DNA of 32,000 nt from Candidatus Saccharimonadota bacterium (GTDB lineage Bacteria; Patescibacteriota; Gracilibacteria; BD1-5; UBA2023), in contig JAXLZO010000001.1 in NCBI GenBank assembly GCA_046350815.1, positions 570,001 to 602,000 on the forward strand. Reading direction: 5' to 3'. This document shows positions 16,688 through 25,891 of the stretch, one piece after another. A program made the translations under genes and the position numbers. Under the pieces are notes generated by a model that was given only the letters and a program-made list of their open reading frames with translations, had not been told where the DNA came from and made no database searches. Numbering within the stretch: position 1 is the stretch's first letter; every line of letters begins with the position of its first letter.

Positions 16688-19093
16688 TTATGGTGTTCCG
16701 CCTCCTCCAGCACCTGGTGGTGGATTTTCATCAAACATTTTTTTCACAAGCACCTTGAGACTTGTTTCATCAATGGAAAGTGATTTTAAACTAAATGCAT
16801 TCTCAATCTGTGTTTTAATATAGTCTTTTCTCTCATCATTAGTCGTTTTGCTTGTCAAATCACTTATATCAATCTCTATACTTTTTTCCTCGCCATTCAG
16901 TGTATACTTAATGTTTTTCTTATCTTCGATATCTAATTTATGTGTACCACGAGTGAGTGTAATATTAGCATTCATATTTAAGATTGTAGAAAGAGCTTGT
17001 CATCCTTTTTTGAAATTCTGCATGAATGTTGTGCTATTTTCACCCGATGTTAGCTTTCCTTCTTGTTTGAGTTGATCTCCTATCTTTTGTAGAATCTGAT
17101 CAAAATTTGCAGCGCTTACTGTTTCAGATCAATTTAACACAGTCTTGTTATATTTTGTAAGAATATCAAGCATAGCAGGTTGATTTAGATCTTCCCGAGT
17201 ATATCATGATGCAGCTAACTGTGCGAGCACTTTTTTCATCTCTTCTTTATTGTTTGAGGCATGTGCTGCATTTGCTTTAGCTAAGACGGATTCAAATTTC
17301 CCCTCTGAAAAACCAAACGCTTGTTTCATATATGCCTGTTGTTTGCTTTCTTTTTCTGAGAGAACTCCTCTGAAGACATCTGGTATTTTTCAAAGACCAT
17401 TTCATGTAATCTTAATTTTTTCTCATCATCTTGTAACAGTACCAAGTGGAATCATTCATGGAAGCTTCTTAGTCATACCAGCAATCTCTCACCCCATTTT
17501 TTCAATGCCCTCAACCGCTGCCCCTGCAACCTTGGACGTCTTCATGGCTGCCATCACTGCCATCCAAAGTATGACTATACCAAATATCGGCGTGATGAGT
17601 CATGAGAGTACATTAAAAAGTGCTGCTTTTAAATCATCAGCTTTTACGCTATTCCCATCAGCACCGACACCTGCACCATTTGTATCAGAGAGTTTAATAT
17701 TGATAGTTGTGCCAAAAAATTGAATACTCCCACTATTTGCATTATTATCCGTCACTTGTATATAATCTGATTCAATTCATTGTTGTGTTGCTCATGCCTT
17801 GGTCGGTTGTTCCATGTGTGTTTTGAATGTCATGATGAACATGAACCCAAATCCAAGCGCTGCAGAGACGACCACTGGCACCATCGCAAGTGCGATAAAG
17901 TCGCCGAACTTAAATGCTCCAAGAGTACTCTCTTGCTTTACCTTATCATCGAGAAAGAATTTGAGAGCAAAGAGTGGGCTAAATATAGCATACATCCACA
18001 TCTTGATAACTCGTGTAAAGAGTACAAGTACCAGTGCTATGAGAATAACAGTGAATACAATAGCAAAGAGAATACTCATGATAAATTGTATTCCAATCTT
18101 ACCAATTCCTGTTGCAATGATAGCAGCCTGGAGCATAGCACTTTTTGTGGTAGCATCTCCAGCAGAATATTTTGCTTGCTCAGCTTCTGACATAGCATTA
18201 AATGCTTCTGTTTTGGTTGCGTCGCTACTAAGAATGCTCTTAAATTCATCGAGCTTATTGAATTTAAATATGTTGTACGCATAGAGTGGAATAATCCCAT
18301 AAGCACCATCTGACTGCAAGAGATGCTTTGCAAGATCAACACCCTCAGGTGGTGGATCATCGCAGCGCCATATTTTTTTGGATTCATTTGTACTCGTAAA
18401 ATCAAGATAACATTGTGTTGGTATTTGTACTCGCGTATTAATCTCTGAATTTGCATTCATAATATCCGCAGGCATCCGAAGTGTGAGTGCAGTAAGGTAT
18501 GATGACACTGATAAACTTGCTGATACGACCCACCAGGTGAACGGCACCATAATAACTCCGATGATAAATCGTGGAAGCATCTTCTTGATCGCGTAGCTAT
18601 CAGATTGACCAAAAATATTTGCAATCGCTACCACGATCAACATAACTGCAAAGACTACATAGACGGTGTTCGATACAAACACCCACAATGAATGGAGTAC
18701 CGGTCGTAGATGAATAAAATCACCAAAAGTCCAATCAGGTGATAAGAGCCAACTCGAGAGCATCGAGAAAGGAACATAGATGAGAGAAACAAGCCCAATA
18801 GCGGTATTGAGGACGTTAATAAGAGTGAGATCTGAGGCCTTCGTTGTTTCTGGTGTTGCAGGCGTAGATGTGGGCTCCTCTGCAAATGCAGTACTACTAA
18901 TATTGAGTGTTGCATGAGCGATGGATGTTACCACAGCATCAGTATTTTGGGTACTTGTTTTTACATACTGTACGTTTAATTGTGTACAAAATGTAAAACA
19001 TGCTATCATCGTTAGCGTTACATATTGAAGAAAATGAGCGTTGAGAATTGATCGGAAGAGATGCATAGAGAAAACTTTCCTCCAGTGTCTCAT
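16688..19093 (-). CDS. large polytopic membrane protein (801 aa) with a soluble C-terminal region; possible VirB6/TrbL-like component
   Basis: Track ORFs 17792..19093 and 16688..16975 are in the same frame. I translated the 816 nt between them and found 12 TGA and no TAA/TAG. At least 6 hydrophobic helices, and a C-terminal PPPGAGGGGTP tail. The functional call rests only on topology and on proximity to the pilin-like gene. Confidence 0.7.
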
Positions 19094-19194
19094 ATTTTGT
19101 CCGTTTCATCAATATACTCGCCTTGACTCTTATAATATTATCGGTGCGATGACAGAGAGACCTGTATTCTAGTTGATTTGAATGGGGAATTTTG

Positions 19195-19690
19195 GAGATA
19201 CAACTCCCCCTGCTCGTACCTCGCTTCCCCGACTCGTCCCAACTATGGGAACTCGCTGGACTACTGAGGCTTGCCCCTCAACGAGGGTGAAAAGATACAG
19301 GAATGTGTTATTCCCCTCTTGAGGGGTGGCGAAGCCGGGGTGGATGTATTGTGTATCAGAATTATGTCATTCCCGTGTAGATTGGTGTCCGACTCAGTGT
19401 GACAATACGCTTCACTGGACTGCTGAAGCTTGACCACAGGAAATGCAGCGAATCATATAGATGCGATGAGTCGTAAATCTGGCTGAATGGATGGTAAATT
19501 CAAGAATAATTCTGGAAGTAGATCCCCGCCTCCGCGAGGATGACATATTTTGATTCCGTCATCCTGAATTTATTTCAGGATCTTCCATTCCATTTTTCTT
19601 GACTTTATTCCCCCTCGTTGAGGGTCAGGTTCACTAATCCAGCGAATCGCATAGACGCGATGAGTCGGGGGCTAGGGGGAGTTGCATCCT
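19195..19690. repeat. mosaic hairpin array 3a
   Basis: CGCTGGACTACTGAGGCTTG, the composite CCCCTCAACGAGGG..CCCCTCTTGAGGGGTGG (19273-19350), a cassette at 19365-19545 that ends in AGATCCCCGCCTCCGCGAGGATGACA, and GTCATCCTGAATTTATTTCAGGATCT (19558-19583). Confidence 0.85.
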
Positions 19691-19698
19691 CAAAAAAT

Positions 19699-19726
19699 TT
19701 GCAAATCATACATATTGTGCTAGAAT
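19699..19726 (+). promoter_or_regulatory. promoter of small RNA, module 3
   Basis: TTGCAA-N16-TAGAAT with an extended -10 TGc. Confidence 0.55.
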
Positions 19727-19732
19727 ACCCAC

Positions 19733-19816
19733 GACCTCGCAAGAGGCCTCATAGCACTGAGGTGGAAATAAACCCCCACAAAATAAAAGACCCACTACGA
19801 ATGGGTCTTTTATTTT
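19733..19816 (+). ncRNA. candidate antisense/antitoxin small RNA, module 3
   Basis: GCAA-capped hairpin CCTC/GAGG, a compensatory change relative to TCTC/GAGA in modules 1 and 2. It is followed by DRa CATAGCACTGAGGTGGAAATAAACCCCC and the terminator AGACCCA-ctacga-TGGGTCT plus a T-run. Confidence 0.5.
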
Positions 19817-19826
19817 GTCTGAAGCA

Positions 19827-19922
19827 TTATCGCTTGTCGCGATTGTTTTTTCTTGTCAGAATGAGTACAAACTCATACCGAAAGAAAATTCTTCAGAACC
19901 AGAATTCCTTGAGGAATTTCAT
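19827..19922 (-). CDS. 31-codon peptide MKFLKEFWFGRIFFRYEFVLILTRKNNRDKR, module 3 (hydrophobic core, basic tail)
   Basis: ATG at 19922, TAA at 19827-19829. Codon 10 is TGA, so the ORF exists only under code 25. It shares KFLK...YE with the module 1 and 2 peptides. Confidence 0.45.
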
Positions 19923-19979
19923 AGGCACTGGGGTTATAAAGTAAAACCCCCACTCCCAAAAGAGAATGGGAGCGAGCCG

Positions 19980-20007
19980 ATTGTATGAAAAGAGAAGGAG
20001 AAAACAA
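19980..20007 (-). promoter_or_regulatory. promoter of the small-ORF mRNA, module 3
   Basis: Minus strand reads TTGTTT-N16-TACAAT. Confidence 0.45.
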
Positions 20008-20009
20008 GG

Positions 20010-20275
20010 ATTGATTAGGAGATGTAGGTCCTGAAATGAATTCAGAATCTACATAAAAATGTGTCATCCTCAGCTTGACTGGGGATCTACCTTTTCTTTG
20101 CTCATTAGAATCAGTTTAGCAATAAGGTGTTAGATCCCCGCCTCCGCGAGGATGACATATTAAATATAGCTCCCCCTCAACGAGAGGGAGTAATGCATTT
20201 TGTATCATATTCCTCTCTTGAGGGGTGCTGAAAGCGGGGTGGTTTGTATTTTGAAAATTCCATCCGAGCTATATT
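20010..20275. repeat. mosaic hairpin array 3b
   Basis: Cassette TGTCATCCTCAGCTTGACTGGGGATCT...AGATCCCCGCCTCCGCGAGGATGACA (20062-20157) and the composite CCCCCTCAACGAGAGGG..CTCTCTTGAGGGGTG..GCGGGGTGG (20170-20252). Confidence 0.85.
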
Positions 20276-20284
20276 ATATTCCCT

Positions 20285-22216
20285 ATGCAGCGAACGATAC
20301 CATTGGCCGTCCTCTCGACACTCGATACACTCCCAGACTCTCCGGGGGTTTATCAGATGATCAATTCTCATGATACCATTATCTATGTCGGAAAAGCGAA
20401 GAATCTCAAGAGCCGAGTTTCTTCGTATTTTAAGGATTCCACCAAGCATACGGTCGCGAAATATCAGATGGTCACACAGGTTGCTCGTATCGAGATTATC
20501 GAGACAACCACCGAGATCGAAGCTCTGGTGCTCGAGACGAATCTTATCAAATCACTCAAGCCAAAGTATAACATCCTCATGAAGGATGATAAGAACCTCT
20601 CTTATATTCGTATCAAAAGTGGTCCGGTGGAGGAGGTGTATCGGAGTCGGATGAAGTCGAGTGATGATCGTGAGAGTTTTGGTCCATATGCTGCTGGTAC
20701 ACGCATTAGCATGACTCTTGCGGCGCTCAAGCGTGTATTTAAGGTGCGGGCATGTCAAATAGCTTTTCAAGAGAGAGAAGGGAAAATCCATATTACTAAC
20801 ACTGCTGGAAGGAGTATTCCATGTCTCGATTATTACATTGGTCTGTGTCCAGCACCATGCACTCTTGAATCTTCCAAGATGGCTGAGCATCGCAAAAATG
20901 TTGATGCTCTCAGGCAATTTCTCTCTGGAAACAAGAAGGATCTCCTCGGTAAATTGGAAGAAGAGATGATAGAATATAGCAAAGAGCAACTCTATGAAAA
21001 AGCAAAGAAGACTAAAGATATTATCGATGCTCTTCGCGCTATGACGCTCTCTCATCAGATCGTTCGTGATGCGATTGATGGTGATTATGATGTGTATATT
21101 GGCAGTGAGAGAAATAATCAGATCCTCATATCGATACTCTCCTTTCGATCTGGTGAGGTGCGATCTCTTGTACATCATGAAATTGAGAATCCGCTTGATG
21201 AAGATATGACTGAATTGCTCACACTTGCGATTGCTGAGAAAATTATTGAGAATGAATGAGCGAAAAATGTTCTCCTTCATGAGTTACTCTGAGATGAATC
21301 GAGCGAACTTCTCATGGAACTTGGAATAAAAATTGAAGTCCCCATTATTGGAGCGAAGCGTGAACTTGTAAATTTTGTGCGACATAATGCCACAGAATAT
21401 CTTCACCGCAAGGCTCTCGATCTCCTCTCAGATACGACACTTACGAGGTCTCACATGGAGGTGATCTTGGGTCAGCTTGGATACAACTCTCCTCAGACGA
21501 AAGATCGGATCATCTTCGAATGCTATGATATATCGCATACCGATGGTCGTTTTACGGTTGCATCGCGTTCGGTTCTCGTGAATGGCAAGAGCGAGACGAG
21601 TCTCTATCGCAAATACCAGATCAAAGATATGCCCGATGGAAAAATCGATGATTTTGCATCCATGCGTGAAGTCATGAGGAGGCGATATATCGAATGAATA
21701 AAAGAATCAAATTTCCCAAATCTCATCATTATCGATGGTGGTAAGTGACAACTCTCAGCAGCTCTTGAGGGTATTGAGAAGGGGAGAGAGCAGCTACGAT
21801 GAGAATATGTTACAGAATGATATTCTGATGAAGAAATATTGAATCATCTTGGGATCTCTCCGCAGATATGTTCCCTCGCGAAGCGGTTGGAAGAGGTATT
21901 TCTCCCATATCAGAGCGAATCAGTACGATTCGAGGTTGCTTCGGGTGAGCTACGAGTATTTCAGAAGATTCGTGATGAAGCTCACCGATTTGCGATCACA
22001 TTCAATCGATCAAAACGCACCAAAGAAATGAAAAAAAATCTGCTTGAAGAGATTCCAGGCATTGGACCGGTAACAAGAAAAAAACTCCTGACTCTCGCAT
22101 GATCAATTGATGCTATTGCTACACTTAGTGAATCACAGATCGATCAACTAGTAAGCAAATCACAAAAAGATGCTCTGATTGGTCATGGAGTCTGGGTTGG
22201 TGAAGAGAAGCGATAA
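20285..22216 (+). CDS. uvrC: excinuclease ABC subunit C (643 aa)
   Basis: GIY-YIG N-domain (GVYQMINSHDTIIYVGKAKNLKSRVSSY), the UvrBC-interaction region, the Endo V-like domain with IIIDGGK-G-QL, and a C-terminal (HhH)2. Seven in-frame TGA join three track ORFs. TAA at 22214-22216. Confidence 0.93.
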
Positions 22217-22217
22217 T

Positions 22218-22470
22218 AGCTCCCCCCTGTTCCCCCTCAACGAGGGGGAACATTTTGTATTTCCTCCCCTCTTGAGGGGTGCCGGAGGCGGGGTGGACTG
22301 TATTTAAAAAAGAAATAAGGGAAGATTTTAAAATAAATTCAGGATGATAAATGCCATTAAATTGTGTCATTTTCATATAGATGGGAATCTACTTTTTCTT
22401 GTGTTTATCAATGTAAATTTTCATTTCGCAAAAGCAGTAGATCCCCCGCCTCCGCGAGGATGACAAATGT
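22218..22470. repeat. mosaic hairpin array 4
   Basis: Composite CCCCCTCAACGAGGGGG..CCCCTCTTGAGGGGTGCCGGAGGCGGGGTGG (22230-22305) and a cassette TGTCATTTTCATATAGATGGGAATCT...AGATCCCCCGCCTCCGCGAGGATGACA (22365-22465). Confidence 0.85.
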
Positions 22471-22500
22471 TTATATTGGTAGGTAGACCGAGAAAATAAC

Positions 22501-22538
22501 AAGCAATAAAAAACACCAATTGGTGTTTTTTATTGCTT
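22501..22538. terminator. bidirectional intrinsic terminator (38-nt perfect palindrome)
   Basis: AAGCAATAAAAAACACCAATTGGTGTTTTTTATTGCTT. The TAA of the 22530..23501 gene lies in its right arm. Confidence 0.7.
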
Positions 22539-23501
22539 CCATGCGTACTTTTTTCAATCTCACGTAATGAATGTAAGAATATTGTTCTCAAGAGAATAAG
22601 TAGATCAATCAATTTGAAAATCATGTTCAATCACTCATCTCTCATCGTCACAATACATCAGAGTAGAAATCATATTTGGCGCTGAGAATGTGTTGTTTAT
22701 CAGAGTGTATTCACCTCATGCGATATTACATATTTTTAGGCCAATCGTATTTTTACTCGAAAAATTCAAGGTTATCTCGTTGATTGGTTTTACTCCATTT
22801 ATACTTTCAAGCTTCCAAGATGTATTTTTGAGGAGCATATTTTCATTTTTGAGAATAAACACATCTCCTTTCTTTGTTGTAAGGCTGATTCCATCTTTGC
22901 CACGAAGGATTTTTGCTCATGTCAGATCGAAAGCTGATTCTATTTTTCCAAGATCTCCCACACATGCCATCTTGGTTGAAATCATCTGAGACACATTGAG
23001 AGTATTTCATTGAAGTGAATAATTACCTGAGAAGATATTACAGACTTTTGCTGAGATTTTGTTCCCAGTAAGAAAGCTGACATAGACTGGATTTGGAACA
23101 TTTTCACCATTAAAAGCTGTAATTTTCCACGAACCTTGTAGGCTCAAAGATTGAGAACGACTCTTGATCACACGTATCAATGAATATTCGCGATTGCTCA
23201 TATCTGCAGGAGTATTTTTTGGATCGTTGATAATTTCCTGTACTTCTATGAGCGCTTTTGACCCAGGCATAAAATCAAATCCCTTGATCTCTCCGAAGAA
23301 ATTCTCATATTTCCCTGTATTTGGATTGAGCACTTGCATGCATTTTTGCGGTGCTACTCCAATGCAGTCAACGAGATCTGGTCCGATGGTGAGGCGTTTT
23401 GTTTGAGTAATTTCAGAACTTTTCGCATTGACGATTGCGACACTTACAAACATAGTGAGTGCTATCAGGACTATCATAAGGGCTGGTTTGATGGATTTCA
23501 T
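22530..23501 (-). CDS. secreted protein with an N-terminal DUF4377-like domain and two META (HslJ-like) domains (323 aa)
   Basis: Signal/anchor MKSIKPALMIVLIALTMFVSVAIVNA. The pattern W.I..NG....ISAKVCN..SGNY... / ICNIA-G-GEYT...M.C is repeated. Seven in-frame TGA extend track ORF 23007..23501 down to TAA at 22530-22532. Confidence 0.75.
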
Positions 23502-23578
23502 AATTTCAAAAAGAATACCCTATGAGGATATTCAAATCTATGAATTTGTATATTTTCTTCAGAGAATCTTCACAGAAA

Positions 23579-24667
23579 TTATCTATCAATAATTTCAATT
23601 CAACGAGCGGTAATGATACGTCCACGCGGAGTACGTTCGATATACCCTCTTTGGAGCAAGTATGGCTCAACAACGTGTTCAACTGTGTCTATCTCCTCGG
23701 AGAGAAATGCTGCAAGTGTAGTGAGTCACTTATGTTTTGGAGATTTTCCAGGGTCTGGCATGAGAGTCTGGAGGTAGGATCGGTCAAGCGGCGTAAGTCC
23801 ATATTGATCAATGCCAAGCTCATCGAAGAGTATGTGGAGTGTTGGTATATCAATCTCTCCATTTGAGAGAATCAAATGATCTCGGATATATTTGACAAGA
23901 CGATTCGTGATACGTGGAGTACCACGTGATCGAGCAGAAATACTTTCTATGAGAATATGTGCTCATTCATATTCATACCCAAAAAGTCCAAAGGTGCGTC
24001 GAGCAATAATTCCAAGCTCATCATGAGTATAATATTCAAGCTTATAAATATTCCCAAATCGATCGCGCAGAGGTGCTGCTATCTTCGAAAGCTTGGTGGT
24101 TGCTCCGATAAGTGTGAATGGTGGGAGTGATATTGATACACTCTTTGCGCCGACTCCCGTACCAACGAGGATATCAACACGATAGTCCTCGAGGGCAATG
24201 TAGAGAATCTCCTCAAGATGAGGCTTTAGCCTATGGATTTCATCGATGAAGAGAATGCTACCAGGTTGGAGACCAGTGAGAAGTGATACAAGGTCAGATG
24301 GTTTATCAATACTCGCACCACTTGATAATACGACCGGAACAGACATCTCTCGAGCTATGATCGCTGCAAGAGTAGTTTTTCCTAGTCATGGCGGTCCGTA
24401 GAGGAGAATATGTTCGAGACTTGCTTCACGGGCTCTTGCTGATGCGATAGCTCGCTTGATCTGTCGCTTGAGACTCTCTTGTCCAATATACTCATCGAGG
24501 AGTGTAGGACGTAGAGACGACATGTTCGCATCAAAAAAAGTCTCATCATGCTGTGAGTTGGTAGTTTGATGTTGAGAAACAGTCTCTCGAGAACGAGCTT
24601 CACGATCTTTTGCATCTCAGGAAGATGCAGTTTCACGATCGGTATTATGGCTAGATACTATGGTCAT
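23579..24667 (-). CDS. ruvB: Holliday junction branch migration helicase RuvB (362 aa)
   Basis: [13 protein letters not shown], Walker A LLYGPP-G-LGKTTLA, Walker [11 protein letters not shown], sensor [18 protein letters not shown] and [13 protein letters not shown]. Five in-frame TGA. TAA at 23579-23581. An internal ATG (MSSLRPT) is an alternative start. Confidence 0.92.
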
Positions 24668-24674
24668 TGCTGTT

Positions 24675-24702
24675 AGAGTAGCTTTTAATCACGAAAAATC
24701 AA
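24675..24702 (-). promoter_or_regulatory. putative ruvB promoter
   Basis: Minus strand reads TTGATT-N16-TACTCT, ending 7 nt before the ATG at 24667. This would give a leaderless or near-leaderless mRNA. Confidence 0.4.
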
Positions 24703-24731
24703 GGTGCTCTCGAATAATCCGAAGGAGAAAG

Positions 24732-24756
24732 AAAAACCCAGGCTGAAAGCCTGGGC
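24732..24756 (-). terminator. intrinsic terminator after the 24779..25003 ORF
   Basis: On the minus strand: CCCAGGCT-ttc(a)-AGCCTGGG followed by TTTTT. Confidence 0.65.
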
Positions 24757-24778
24757 GGATGAACTGAGTTGAGAAAAA

Positions 24779-25003
24779 TCAAATATGAACAGTGAGGTCG
24801 CCCTTGAAGCGACAATCAGTTTGTTGGAGATTACCATTCACATATATCTTACCTGAGCTCATGCTCGTGCTAAAATTTGCTTGCCCTTGTGAGTTTGTGT
24901 CCTCATCAAGATAACCTTGAAATGCACCAGAACCCCATATGCGGACACGTGCACGTTCGATGCGTTTGCCATTACGAACTACTGTGACAGTGAAATTTGC
25001 CAT
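24779..25003 (-). CDS. 74-codon beta-rich hypothetical protein; the only ORF in the window whose apparent end is TGA
   Basis: Consensus-like promoter TTGACA-N16-TACAAT (25065-25092), strong RBS GAGGAA-N6-ATG, and sequence MANFTVTVVRNGKRIERARVRIWGSG.... Its 3' boundary is undefined under code 25 (see findings). Confidence 0.5.
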   Translation of the reverse strand: MANFTVTVVRNGKRIERARVRIWGSGAFQGYLDEDTNSQGQANFSTSMSSGKIYVNGNLQQTDCRFKGDLTVHI

Positions 25004-25064
25004 GATTTATTCCTCAGATTTTTTTAGCTTACTTTCAGCTAAATTGATTGGTATTTGCTCGTTT

Positions 25065-25092
25065 ATTGTATCTTCTTGGTAGAACTTGTCAA
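25065..25092 (-). promoter_or_regulatory. promoter of the 74-codon ORF
   Basis: Minus strand reads TTGACA-N16-TACAAT. Confidence 0.5.
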
Positions 25093-25185
25093 ATATAAAT
25101 TAGTGTTTTATACTAAATAATCGTACAGACAAGAATTGAATCTTGTTATCATCATGCCTCAAGAAAAAAGATACAAAGTAGAGAT

Positions 25186-25821
25186 TTATCTTCTTCCTGT
25201 GCCTCATCGAATCCCTCCCAGATATATTTCGTCATGTTTTTCACCTTCATAAATGATATCTCGTATATGCTCACGAAAATCTCTGCGAAGATCGTCTCTA
25301 TGAATGCGTAGCATAAGATCTATCTGTTCCATTGGTGTGAGATTCTGAAAAATCGAGTGAAAATCATCGTGAGGAATTCGAGGTATATGACGAATATTTT
25401 CATTTTTTGATGTTCCACCGCGGCTCCTTGGATAGAGGTGATGTGGATTGATAGATCCATGCTCTCATGAATAATGCCCACGTTTCCAAAAACTCGATAG
25501 AAGATTTCATGATTGCCAGTTGATTTCATCACCAAGAACGACAATATCCCCTAATATACCATCACTTCTATAATAGTAGTCTTTCATATTGCTACCGGAG
25601 AGTGTTGATCGAATTTTCCTAGAGAATTCGGATTCCAGACATTTACAATTGAAATCCAAAAGTTGTTTGACTTTAATATGAGGAGCTATCGCACCGAAGA
25701 GATGTTCATCAGAGCGCTTGATACGAGAGAGTCGCGAACGCTGTGCAAGAGTTTCGATTACTTGGGATCGTTCTCTTGTTGTCATATCATTGGTAACGAT
25801 GAGCGAAGCATTTGTTTTCAT
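25186..25821 (-). CDS. hypothetical protein with a Cys-less HNH-type nuclease motif in its C-terminal half (211 aa)
   Basis: Track ORF 25507..25821 continues in frame through 3 TGA to TAA at 25186-25188. Motif INPHHLYPRSRGGTSKNENIRHIPRIPHDDFHSIF (HH..P.S.GG...N.......H..FH). The track's 25320..25544 ORF is in a different frame and is rejected. Confidence 0.55.
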
Positions 25822-25891
25822 ATCATCAAACAGGCAAGAAGAGAGTGTATCATTATTTTTTTATCTGTACATTCTTTCCTCTTTGTTTAAG

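Noticed and set aside
20285-20560. The GIY-YIG motif at the start of 20285..22216 as a second homing-type nuclease linked to the repeats.
   Set aside because: It is the normal N-terminal catalytic domain of full-length UvrC, and the rest of the protein is collinear with UvrC.
13188-22470. The four repeat-rich intergenic arrays as CRISPR arrays.
   Set aside because: The repeats belong to several different families and occur in both orientations. Their spacing is irregular (10-180 nt), and many are themselves perfect hairpins of unequal length. There is no constant repeat-spacer period and no cas genes.
25320-25544. The track ORF MSFLVMKSTGNHEIFYRVFGNVGIIHE... taken as a metallophosphoesterase fragment (GNHE motif).
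   Set aside because: It is out of frame with the upstream ORF 25507..25821. The in-frame code-25 continuation of that ORF gives a coherent HNH-like sequence through the same DNA down to a TAA stop.
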